Part shown: piece after piece, positions 46,701 to 58,567 of the stretch
Numbering within the stretch: position 1 is the first letter of the stretch
Layout: each line of letters opens with the position of its first letter
The notes under the pieces: model-generated
Told to the model about the DNA's origin: nothing
The model's input: only the letters and a program-made list of their open reading frames with translations
The model's database searches: none
Source: Macrostomum lignano
Taxonomy: Eukaryota
Assembly (NCBI GenBank): GCA_002269645.1
Contig: NIVC01000106.1
Location: 124,001-188,000 of the forward strand
Direction of reading: 5' to 3'
DNA length: 64,000 nt
Made by a program: the position numbers and the translations under genes

Positions 46701-49700
46701 CCGGCTAGGCTCAATCCAGCCTTCAAGTGTCTCATTATAAACGTATTAGCGTCTTGTTGTTGCTGCCTCCGAGCTGCCTGTAAGTCTAGGCCTTCCAGCG
46801 TCCAGTCTACCAGAGTGTCCATAGTAGTCTCAAACTCTGCCAGATTGATGCTTTCAACAAAGGCCAGGGCGCCAGGCAGATAAGTAGGCAGCTGCTCCAG
46901 CTGCTCAATCCACTGCCAATTATGACTGGCAGGTTCCGCGTAGCGACTAAGCAAGTCGGCTAAACGGCTGGCAGCCTCTTCGCATCGCTCCTCATCCTGG
47001 GTGTTGATGACTGGCTGCGCGGAGTCGTACAGGAGCTTCTTCTCCACCTGTACGATTTGTGCAGCAGATTATTGAAACTAGGATCACGGACTAAACTCAT
47101 TAGGAGAATTCATTAGATTCCCCGACACCTAATCTGAGAATCTTACATTTCTCACAATATACATGCCCTAATATAAGCCCTAGCGCGAGAGGTCTGGCCA
47201 AGGTAAGTCGCAAACAAAGCCGACTCGAAAAATACAGACGTAGTACTAACTAGCTGACAAGTAACTTAGCCTTATTAATACAGTCATATTTACTCCTGCC
47301 GTTTACCCAAATTTTTACTTGAGTGACTTTTTCATTTTGGGTCAACAAGTGAATCACCTCAAAAGCGGTCAGGCTCGGATCCGAAGGGAACCGCAGTTCC
47401 CTGAGCCGACACCGCTCGGGCCTGAACGCCAGCGGAAACCCCAGCTCGGCTTCGCTGAGCTCCTGCGGCATCGTCGAAGTCGTTGAATCGACCGACTGCT
47501 CGCCCGAAGTAGTCAACAGCTCCTGCTCGTCATCGGTGCACCAGCTGACATCGTCGGGAACGTCAGCAGCATCGGCAGAATCCTCTTCCTCGGCTGGCCG
47601 TTTAGTTTGGCCAACCGCGCCGGCAATAAGCGGCGCCATCGACATCGAGCCAACTGGCAGCTGAGGCGAACGAGGCCGCGAGCTCTGATGAGGCATCTGA
47701 TGTTGCTGATGCTGCTGCTGCTGACGCCTGAAGTCAAAGTTGCCACCGCTTCCGCCGCATCGATAGCGACTAAACACTGACTGATGCTGCTGCTGTTGCT
47801 GCTGATGGTGAAACGAATGCGGTAGATGGTGAGGCGGTTGGCTGGAAGTTATAGCGGGTGGAAGCTGCTGTTGCTGCTGCTGCTGCATCGATATATGATG
47901 AGGCGGCAGAGGAGGCGGCGGCAGAGGCGGTGGCAGTGGCAGTGGCAGCGGAAGCTGCTGTTGCTGTTGTTGAGTCATTGGAACTTGAAACTGAGACTGA
48001 TGATACATCTGCTGCTGCTGCTGCTGGAAGGCAGACATTGGATTCGGCAGGGACATTGGCGGCGGCAACTGCGGTGGAGGCATCAGTTGCTGCTGCTGCT
48101 GCTGCTGCTGCGAGGATGGTGGTGTCAAAAATGGAGCCTTGCTAGCCCCGCTAGGCGCTGAGCTGCCAAACACGCCCAGAGTGAGGCTACTATAAGTGCC
48201 GCGAATCACAAGCAGGTCAGTGCAGGAGTCGCTCAGACTGCAACTGGTATGACCGGATCGTTCGTCGTATTTGAGATCGCCGACTTTTTCAAAGGTGGCA
48301 GCTTCTGGGCCTCGGCGGGCGAAGAATTCCACATTGAACTGCGAAGGCCCAGTAAGGCCAACCATCGGCTCGGAGCGCTGCAGTTCGCTCTTGATGGCCA
48401 CGCCGAATGGCACAATGCGGGCCTCTCGTAGGCGAACGCTTGGATTGAATAGCACAGTGTCGCATTGCACTTCCTGCGAATATGAAGCAATTGATTACCT
48501 TAGCCTTTGATTATCCGAGCATTGCCCACAAGATATTAAACTATTCATTAGGCCTTAATATTGTAATATCTGTTGGGTTCCTACTTAGTGGTTGGACAAA
48601 ATCCTGATCCCAATCCTGATTTCTGAGGATCTGATCTTCATAGTTTAACATTGAAAAAAAAACTAGAAAAGATGGGTCAAATTTGATACTATGAGCGAGT
48701 TTAGTGGGAAAATAGGCCCCTACTATTTTTCAATAAATGCAAATTTGACTTTTAGATTTACTTTTCTGAACATAGGCAATTTTATAGATTTAACTATAGG
48801 CCTAATATATATCCTAATAAGTATGCTAAAGTTAAAAAATCTTAGATATGCCCTTATTTTGTAAAGGCAAATGGTTGAAGTCATCATATGATAATTTTAA
48901 TATTACAATTTTGATTGTATCAAATCCATTTATGGGATAGTGTATGTCTTGCTCACTTGGTATGGTGCTATCGCTATCCTTATATAAGTAATCACAGCCA
49001 ACTACTCACTTCAAGAATTGATTATAATGCAATTAGTCATAGCAAAATATATAAGTTGGCCCTGCTAAGTGCAAGCAGCCCTTTAAATTATTTTCATGTC
49101 TATCTAGCACCATATTGTGGCATTGAATTTTCTACATTGGTGTGCAAGCAACATCTTACAGACAAATAAAGTTCCTTATTTTTACTCTATCTTTTGCATA
49201 TAAACTGGCAAGTAATGGGACCCTTGTTGAAGTCTCTATTTTACTTAAATTTGCCTTTCTGCATGCATATAAGCAAGTCATAGACATAGCAACCTATATT
49301 GTAGATTCTGTTTTTTTTAATGCCAGAGAATGTATTTAACTAGCTAACAAAGTGCATATCAACAAACTAAATCAGTGGATTATATTAGTATTAGTAGAGT
49401 AAAACAATGAAGAGTAGAATAGTGCATATAGATAAAAAAGCAAAATCTCATTTTAAAAATTGGTAAATTAAAACATTGCTATACATTATTGATTATAAAA
49501 TATGTTTTTTTTAATAATTATCAATTCTCCAAACTACAGTATTATTTAATCAATCTAATTTAGTGTAAAAAAACACTACCATTAAAAATTCATTACACAA
49601 TGATATCAAAACTTTAATATATGCTAGCTATATTGTTAAAATATAATGTTTTGTAATGGTACACTAAAATGTCTTTTGAAAAGTCCTTCAACTTTGCAAA

Positions 49701-52700
49701 TAAGTTTCCCAAGAAAAGTTTATAAAGAATATGTTTATAAAAATATTATGAATTATTCTTATTTTAAACAAAAAACACAAAAAATATCAATGCATAACTA
49801 GAGTTTTCTGTGATTAAATGCTAGAAATTTTCAAACCTAAATGGTTTTCTGAAACTAAATCTACCTTGTCATCTAATTAATGATCTAATTAGTATCACAC
49901 ATAAATTGACTGACAATATTCTATTTGTTGCAGGGTTAAAATATATCTATCTAAGTAAAAATAAGTAAGTTTGAATAGAACATATTCTTATATATCTAAT
50001 CTAACTAATTCTAACTATTAATACTAATTGATGTTACATTTGTATAACTTGATAATTTAATAACTTTACTGTAAGTCTATGCATTTGCATTTTAAATGAT
50101 TAATGAATATACTTAAACAATCTATATACTTAATTACTTAAAATGGTTTTGCAACTTTCCAAAGTTGGTTTAATGTCTCAAAGGTCTTTAAGTTTAGTAA
50201 CTTTACTTAATAAAACTTACTTTAAATACTAATGCAAAACAGACAATTTAAAAAATGAATGACCTTTTCTTTTTTTAAATTTACCTTCTTATTTCAAAAG
50301 GTTTATTTCTTTTATGCCTGAATTTATTTTGGTTTCTTGATTCTTTCTCATATTTAAAAGCACATTTGGAAATATTCATAGAAAAAATTAAATTCTAAAC
50401 ATTCTTATTTCTAAAAAAGGTAGTGCATCCCTAGGGCACTATAGAATAATTTTTATCTTATTCCTAAAGTACCATGTGAATAATTTTTGTTTTATCTACA
50501 TGGCATACTAATAAGATAATTGCCTTATCTTTCATAAAATGTTTTATTTACTTAAAATACTATTTAATTTTTATTTCAACAAAACCAACTATGAATTCTT
50601 CCTTTTGGTATCTATAAGAAGATAGGATAGACTTGGCTTGTTAATAACTTATAAATAACTAGGGCCTATTTTGTCATTGTGCTATGCAAATAAGATATTA
50701 ATTATTCATTATAATATCTATAGCCAAAATTTCAAATCTGTTATATAGTATGCCAAAAAAATGAACCCTTCACCATAAATAAGGAAATGGTTTAATAGTC
50801 TATGCCAGAAAAACAAATTTACTTGTGATATATATGCCAAACATCCCAATCAAAAAGAAGTTGTCTTAAGACGTCTTAGAATTGTCTTAAGATGGCTAAA
50901 GACACCTCAAGACAATTTCAAGATATCTTCCACTTTGCTTCCACAAGCTATCCTGATAAAGTTGTCTTGAAGATGACTTGAAATTGACTTTTATGAGATG
51001 TCTTGTTGAAGACATCTTTAAGACATCACCTTAAAGACTAAAAATTTACATAAACAACTGTTTCTACTGTAAGTAGGATGTTTCAGATACAAATTTATCT
51101 AGATCGTTAAAATCAATAAAAAATAAAACAAGCAACTATTGTGACATTTATCAAAAAATTTTGTTGTATTGTAGTCTGTGGAAGGTGTGCCTATTATTAA
51201 AAATCCTTTACGCTTTTGGAGTGCAATTATATGCAATTTTTTATATTAAGTCGTTACAAACTCTGAAACAAAGTTTAACTACAACAGTTTTGATTGGAGT
51301 AAATATATTTACAAAATTCTAAACCGCTAAGCATTAAAAAAGACTAAGTTGCAATATATATCGGTGATGCTTTTGTTAAAAACAGCTAAAATCAATATGG
51401 CGGAACGACATTTTTAAAAAGGACTAAAAGACAACCTTGTTGACCGTGAAGGCCGCCTAATTCTCGAACACTTGCTTCTATCTTTTGTAATAAGTTTCAA
51501 TTTTTCATTGGCTGCTATAGCCTATATAGATTTCTGGTGTAAGCCCTACCCTAGATTTATCTTTACTTAATGCGATAGTGTATTACTATTCGTGATGATA
51601 CATCTACTATCCTCAAATTAAACCTTCCTAGTAGTATTTTTTACTAATTCTTCCTTGGATAGCTTCTAGGATTGTATTTCATATTCTAGTGCCAGGTACC
51701 AGCAAAAACCCAGATTGGCCAGAAATGTTTTTATGCAATAGGCAATAGGGATGCTATGTAACATCCTGACTTAAAAATTACAATTTTAAATTGGACCTTG
51801 GATGCAATGTTTTTTTAGTTAGGCCTACTGCATATCTATTGCTATGCCTAGCACTAGTAAGCACTAGTTAACTAATGCATAGTCATGTGTACATTTTAAG
51901 TTAGGCCTTAAAAGATTCCGGCATTAACTAGAGGCCCATGTACTAGGCCTAAAACTAAAAATATATGTTTTATTTACTTCTAGATTTTTAAAGTCAAAGT
52001 TTTATAGTTGTTGAATTGGCTTATTAGGCTATTTTGTTCTGTTGTAGGCCTCTTAGCCTTAGATAGGCCCTAGCTTCTTCCTTAGGCCTAAATAGTTTTT
52101 GTTTTGATTTTTATGTCAAAAGTAATAAATAATTTCCATGAGCCTATAGGGGCCTAGCTAGGTTTATTTTTTACATGTAGAGTATATATATGCACTTTTA
52201 ATTTGAAAATTGAAAATTGCAATTTAGGGACAGTCTTATAACCTGATTTTCTGTTAAACTTGAAGCCTCATTTGCATTGCCCTAAAATAAGAAAAATAAG
52301 AAATTGCACTTTGAGCCTTAAAATTGCACTATAATTTTAAAAATGAGTATAGAGTGCACTTTTGTACCTTGTCTCTGGCAAAAAAGAAAACCTTGGCCTA
52401 TAGGCCTTTATATATTGCTTCCTCTTTGCCTTTATTATTGGCTAATGGCATATATATGATGTTTTCAATATATCAATATTTTGAATATTAGGCCTAGTCA
52501 TTAGTGCTTTTTTCTTGGCTAGGCCAATGAAAATTTAAATAAAAAATAGATATAGCCTTATAATTTATTATTAGGCCTATATCACATTCAAAAATTGGAT
52601 TAGGCCTAATAGAGAATAAATAGAGTTGGTATGCCTAGAAGTTTTATATAAAATTGATATTCTAATCTTTTTATTTTGCTTTGAGATTAGGCCCTAAGCT

Positions 52701-54349
52701 TTAGCCTATGTATTTAAGCCTAAGGCAAAGTTATTGTATAATACACTTGTGTGAATATATAGTAGGGGCCTAGGCAATTTATTTATTAGATTTTTAATGT
52801 ATATTAGTATAATAATCTATTATTTATTATTTTTTGTTTTTTTACTTATGAATTTCAAATTATTTTAGCCTAACAACCTATAAACTATAACCTTTATTAA
52901 ACTTATCCTTTTCAGCCTTATCAACACATGCTATCCATCATAGTGGAAGCTAACCTGGATCTTGAATCTTCCTGGATTGAGCCAATTCTTAACTAGTAGT
53001 TGGCTAGCAAAGGATCAATTTACAGCAAGTTTTCCACCAAGCAATGAGCAACTTGGTCATTATTGCATTAACCAAGTATTTCCATGCAATGACTGGGTAT
53101 GATGCATTATAAAATTATACACTTGCACTTGAGTATTTTTGCATTTTTATTTAGTGTATTTTAACTTGTTTTTGATTCACCATTTTATTGCTTCTGTGAC
53201 TTTTAAACTGTGCCTTTTATAAAATGAAAATATAAATCATAAATCATAAATTACATTGAACCATGTTTAGAAGCCTACTAAATAGCTTCTCTTTCATATC
53301 AATATTGCCTGAAACAAAAAAAAAGAGTGCTGTAATATTTTTAGTCATTTTTCTTTTAAACAACTATGATTGCAATGGCAACAGCATTTCTTAAATGATC
53401 TTGGGCAAGATGTCTTCTGCAAGTCATCTGGAAGATGTCTTTAAGTAGATTTTAAGATGTCTTGAAGATGTCTGAAGACGTCTTTAAGTTATCTCTAAGT
53501 TGTCTACAAGTGTTGCAAGGAGCCAATTTTTAGACCGAATTAAGTCAATTGTAAGATGTCTTGAAGACATCTTTCTGTCTTATGCAAGACATCTTTAAGA
53601 CATAATTAAGCCAACTTTTTTTTGATCGGGATACTAGAAAAAATGTTACAACAATACAGGACACTTTTGAATTATTGTATCTTTTGTATACCAATAGCTA
53701 TACCATATGCCAGCAGCTTTGTGGCATATGTCTATTGTATGTCTAATTTTTTCATGTCTATTGTATGCCAAAAATTTCTAGTATATATATAAGATTAAGA
53801 ATGGCATAGGGATCTATAAGAAGATAAAAAAGCTATCTTATCAGTTTGCCATAAAAATAAGCAAAAAATCATTCCCATGGTACTGTAGGAATAAGACATA
53901 AGTTATTCCTATGGTACAAAAGGGGATAAGCACTGCCTTCTAAAAAAGTAAGACATTTTTTGATTCAAATTAAAATTTTAATAAATACTCAAATCTAAGT
54001 CCTAACTATAGTAAAAATGGTAATGATGCAAATTTTTAATTTAAAAACAAAAGAAAGCTGGAACTAATAAATAAAAGAAATATTCCAAACAAAAAATTAA
54101 ATATTACAAAATGCAGTAGGTCTAAAAGGTCACAATTAAATTAATAATAGCAAATTTAATGATTGATAGCTTTTGCACAATGGCAATGGCACATCGATAT
54201 CACTTTAATTAATGTATAAACGCCTATTTCAGCAACTGCAATAATGGTCATTTTTTGCCTTAAATAAAAATGCTTACCTCGTGAGTTTCAATTTCTTTTT
54301 GATGTGCAAAATAGTCTAAGAACAATAGACAGACTTCTTCGCTTGTCAT
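34708..54349 (-). CDS. VIRMA: Virilizer / VIRMA (m6A writer complex subunit), 13 exons, ~2061 aa
   Basis: Exons 54349-54278, 48473-47358, 47047-46456, 46166-45940, 45430-44969, 44351-43497, 42793-42494, 41578-41120, 39932-39654, 38768-38454, 37094-36787, 36041-35469, 35335-34708 are all GT-AG and phase-consistent. VIR_N motifs (LLFLDYFAH, IVPFGV, FEKVGDLKYDE, LVIRGTYSSLTLGVFG), LVDWTLEGLDL...LKAG, and C-terminal FRSRPPNTSRPPSMHVDDF. Confidence 0.93.
36225..36745. repeat. 12-bp repeat (AGTGTCTGTCTC / AGTGTCTATCCC)n
   Basis: Virilizer intron 11. Confidence 0.93.
37125..38440. repeat. 27-bp minisatellite (TGGGATTTGAGTCAATTTTGACACATT)n, split by a hAT MITE
   Basis: Units at 37125-37579 and 38285-38440 in virilizer intron 10. 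Confidence 0.93.
37580..38284. mobile_element. Non-autonomous hAT-type element (705 bp)
   Basis: 11-bp TIR TAGAGCTGTCA...TGACAGCTCTA; perfect 8-bp TSD ATTTGAGT (37572-37579 and 38285-38292); subterminal CGAGA/TCTCG repeats. Confidence 0.92.
38890..39620. repeat. 21-bp minisatellite (CCCACCTGTTAGACACTAAAT)n, about 35 copies
   Basis: Virilizer intron 9; very homogeneous. Confidence 0.97.
39990..41045. repeat. 23-bp minisatellite (GATTTGAGGATTTCTAAGCATGG)n
   Basis: Virilizer intron 8. Confidence 0.93.
41690..42370. repeat. GA-rich repeat (GAGAGGAAGAGTGAAGGAGGCT / GAGAGGGAGGGT)
   Basis: Virilizer intron 7. Confidence 0.9.
42900..43450. repeat. Degenerate repeat (GGGATCCCACAGGATTTTGGGATCGGGAAACC)
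   Basis: Virilizer intron 6. Confidence 0.88.
44385..44910. repeat. 34-bp minisatellite (CAGGGTTCAGGACCTCAGGACAAGCTTCAGCGAA)n
   Basis: Virilizer intron 5; two sub-variants are present in blocks. Confidence 0.95.
45455..45860. repeat. 20-bp minisatellite (GATTGGCTGAGTAGCTGAGG)n
   Basis: Virilizer intron 4. Confidence 0.95.
50845..53630. mobile_element. Candidate non-autonomous CACTA/EnSpm (CMC)-like element, ~2.8 kb, in virilizer intron 1
   Basis: TIR CCCAATCAAAAAGAAGTTGTCTTAA vs CCCGATCAAAAAAAAGTTGGCTTAA (22/25); AT on both flanks; dense subterminal AAGATGTCTT/AAGACATCTT repeats at both ends. Confidence 0.6.
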
Positions 54350-54702
54350 TATAATTCAAATAAAAGCCTAGCCTATACTATATATCAGTTAATATACTAA
54401 TATAGCAATATAGAATAGTCATATAATGATTGCACAGATTACGTTTATTAGTATAGTATTATATCGACAGGCCCGATGTTGTTATCAGTCAGTCAGTGAA
54501 TGATTTGATAATAGCCACAGTTATTTTAAAAACGAAAACTCAATATGTTTCCTGTAAAGACTGTTTTAAACATGACATAGTTTTTTTTCCAGTCTATTCG
54601 CATAAACCTGAACTATAAAAAAAAATTTTAAGCAATTTTATAGCAAGCTTTTTTGACGAAGTATTTCTGTCGATTGTAATTTTTTGTTCCTTTAACGATA
54701 AA

Positions 54703-54962
54703 GGGCCTTTTCATATTACCAATTCCAGAACCAGAATCGGTTCGGAATTCCAAGAAAAACAGCAGTATAACTATTAAACTCTGTTAATATTTGACTGCCT
54801 TAACAACCTAACTTAGCACAATTTTTCACTTTCTTCTTGGCGATTGTCATTCAATAATAAAAACTTTATAGCACGTATCTCCCTCTAGTTATGGAGACAA
54901 AAAGTTATACTTCACAAATTGGTTCTGGTTCTGGAACCAGAGCAAGCAATATGAAAAGGCCC
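54703..54962. mobile_element. PIF/Harbinger-like MITE (260 bp)
   Basis: Perfect 15-bp TIR GGGCCTTTTCATATT plus an internal inverted TTCCAGAACCAGAA; AAA on both flanks as a 3-bp TSD. Confidence 0.7.
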
Positions 54963-57209
54963 AAAGAGGTTCCACAGGGAACGATAATTCAACTTGAGGA
55001 TGGAGAGGGCATGACTCTATATTGCAACCCAACCAAATTAATTGGTTGTTATGTTTATAAGTTGAGATTGCGACCTAACATGCCTCTGAGCCTATCAACA
55101 TAATCAGAATGCAATTTAAGATAGGCCTACTTATAATACATACGAGCTTTAAAATAAAAAGAGTTTTAAATTTAAATAACCTTAGGCCGCCATACGACAG
55201 GTATACATCATACGACTTGGCACATGTACGAGTTATGCTTATTTTATTTAATAACGAAAAAGTGCAGTGCACTAGCCTAGTCTTGGTTTAGCTCAAAACA
55301 GACTTATGAAATAATATTGCTAGATAAATAAATAATAATATTAATAATTGCTAGATGATACTATTGCCAAAATCCAAATAAAAAATGTCTCATTTTAGAA
55401 ATATGAAATGGTTTGGAATTTTTTCTAAATCTTTCCAAATGTGCTTCTGAATAATTTCATGAAACAATTTACAAAAAAACTTAATTTCTAAGTCTATCCA
55501 GTATCCTCTTGAATTAGATTCACTAGATAATAGATAGGCCTAGATAAAATAGATCAATTTTTTAGTCAATTCATATTATGTATGAAACTAATTAGATCAC
55601 AAAGGCCTTAATAAATGACAAAGCATTTTTTAACTCAAAAAGTAGTATAGTTACTTTTAACATTTATATTTTTATTTTTATTTTACATTGTTATTGGAGA
55701 AATATTAAATATTTAGATTTGAATTTTAAAATGCTTTTGTATTGTACATTTAGATTTGGTTTTAAAAACTTACAAAAATCTATATTTGATCTATTACTAA
55801 TAAGATCACAATGTTATTCTATTATTAATAAGCTCTAGCTATAGACATTAGATTAAAGATTAGCAAACTATAGCTTATAGACTATATATAGCCTAAAAAG
55901 CCTTTCTATTAGACTTTTAGGCCTAATAAGCCTAGATTCTTTGTTCAAGCCAAGCTTAAGTTGATTGTTGGGTAAGCTAATAATTGTAATAATAAAATTC
56001 AAATAATTAATTCAAACTTGAGTAGTGGTATTTGTTATTGGCTATTATTAGACTATATATTTATAAATAAAATATTTTGTAAAAAGTATAAAAATCTTAT
56101 CATCTTTTTCTTGGAATAGGCCTAAAATAATGTATATATATATTACATTACAAGTTACTATCAGATAGGCCTAGGCTATTGAATCTTATTAACTACTCAA
56201 AAGTCAAGTATCAAAAAATATAATATAAATTTCTTGAGCTTTAGTATTTAAAAATAATAGGATTGAATAGGCCTACCTTTGAGTTGAGTAATCTTAGGCC
56301 TATGGACTCTACTCTATTTAGCTTCTAAGTCTTTTGAAACTGTAATAGTAATCTACTAGTTAGCCTGTTAAAGCATTCATTTTTCTTCCTTATTAATATT
56401 ATCTTTCTTTCTATTATCTTATATTATCTGATCTTTTCTCTTATCTCTAGGTTTTTTGTGTGAAATTTGTGCCCTTGCCATATTTTTCCCAAATACAACT
56501 TTGAAGGCTAAGTGTCATTTTGGCATATATTTATTTTCAATTTGGCACATTCTCTTTTGAGTTTTGAGTTATAAAAACTAAAGACCTCTGTAAAATTGCT
56601 GCAACAAAAGAAAATTTCTAGCTCTAAAAATGTATTTGTGTCAGGTAAATGGTTTTTTAATGTATCATACTCATAGGCACATTGAGTTTCAAAATGGCAT
56701 ATATTTTTGGGTAAGTTACCATATAGCACGTGTATTTTCAAATGAAAAAAACCTGCTTATCTCTTTTTGCTATTCCTTTTTTGCTCTCTTATCTAGTTTA
56801 TAGCCATTAGCTAGATTCTTTATCTGGCCTTTGCAGTAAAAAAGTTTTCTTACCATTGCACTAGATCAAGACTAGTTATATGTGTGTAAATTATGATTGC
56901 TCTTATTACAATAAAAGTTTTTTTATTTCTTATTTTACTAAATATAGCTTGTATAAGCAATCAATGCTCATCAAAAAGTATTTTTAGCCACTGATTATGT
57001 TGTCCTTATTATCAATTGATTATGCTAACTAAATTAATTTCTAGATATAGGGTCTTCTAAGCTAGCAAACTAGAAAGATTATAATACAATGTACATCATA
57101 ATATTTATAAATAATGGAATGCTATTCAGTACCAAGTTATTATGTCCTATGTACTAATATCTTATTTACAACAATATTTATTCTAAAAATTGCCAACTTC
57201 TGCAGCAAA

Positions 57210-58269
57210 ATGGTATTTATGAAAGGTGGCAGCCAGGCGGTGACATTCACCAAGGCCTACCTGCAATCTGGCAGCTTAATACTGCGCGATAGTGTGAAAA
57301 TTCTGGCATTTAACTACCTGCCCAATCAGCCAGTGTCGCAGGGTGTCAACGATTTCCTGCGGATGACGCTGCCTCAGTTGCAGTTCAAGAATCCATCAGT
57401 GCAGATGCTCACCATGCAGAACCTGGCGCCCACGCCCTTCATCCAATGCTATATGGAGGCTGAGGGCAGGCGTGAGCTTCTCATCGACTGCTCGCATCGG
57501 AAACGGCAGGAGATTCAGGTTGGTGCCAAATCCCCTAATCCTCCCAGAGTGTCAGTTGCTAGACCAGCCTCCCACTGGCTCCCAGATCCTCAGTTGCTGG
57601 GCCAGCCTCCCAGATCCTCAGTTGCTGGGCCAGCCTCCCAGATCTTCAGTTGCTGGGCCAGCCTCCCAGATCCTCAGTTGCTGGGCCAGCCTCCCAGATC
57701 CTCAGTTGCTGAGCCAGTCTCCCAGATTCTCAGTTGCTGGGCCAGCCTCCCAGATCCTCAGTTGCTGGGCCAGCCTCCCAGATCCTCAGTTGCTGGGCCA
57801 GCCTCCCAGATCCTCAGTTGCTGGGCCAGCCTCCCAGATCCTCAGTTCCTTTGCCAGCCTCCCAGATCCTCAGTTCCTTTGCCAGCTTCCCAGATCCTCA
57901 GTTGCTGGGCCAGCCTCCTAGATCCCCAGTTGTAATAACCCTGCAAGTGCCCAGTCTCCCATTTCCCATCATCAGGAGCATGTGCGCAATATTCTATGCA
58001 AAACACCTGAAGAAGTCGCGGAAGAGAACCTCCGGCGTCAGGTGGTTCGCAACCCGGCCAATTTCGGCTACAACTGCAAGCGCCACTGCATTTGCGAGGT
58101 GTTCGGCCAGGTGCCCTGTTCCAGCTTCCGCGACGAGCACCGCAGATTTGTTGAAGCTCGGGCCGCCGAGGCAGCGGCAGCCGCCGAAGCGGTCGCTAGA
58201 GATGGCGCCGCTGCCGACTCCTCCCAGCCTCCGTCTGATGAGCCAGTGGAAAATTTGCTCACTAACTAA
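57210..58269 (+). CDS. MRPS25: Mitochondrial ribosomal protein S25 (mS25), 2 exons (57210-57518, 57976-58269), 200 aa
   Basis: MKGG...AYLQSGSLILRDSVK...PQLQFKNPSVQ...PTPF...EIQ|EHVRNILCK...NPANFGYNCKRHCICEVFGQVPC matches the mS25 motifs, including the Cys cluster. Confidence 0.93.
57560..57930. repeat. 28-bp minisatellite (CCTCCCAGATCCTCAGTTGCTGGGCCAG)n
   Basis: Fills the MRPS25 intron. Confidence 0.95.
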
Positions 58270-58567
58270 TTAATAACAAATGTTTGCAGGTGTTAAACTA
58301 CTAGACTAAGCATTAATATTATGTTTTAGTGTTATTGTTATGTCATAAGTTCTGCTTAGACAGTAAATTTGTATTTTCTTTTTATGGCAAATAAAATCTA
58401 TTTTGCCGACTAATAGTCGACTATTAGTCGACTATTCTGCCGACTATTTTGCCGACTTTGGCGACTATAAGATTATGCCTATTAAATTTTGGGTACTGGT
58501 TTCTTATTTTTAATCATTGACAGGTTTTAATCATTAAAAGTTGAAATTAGTCTAGTGGGGCCTCGAG

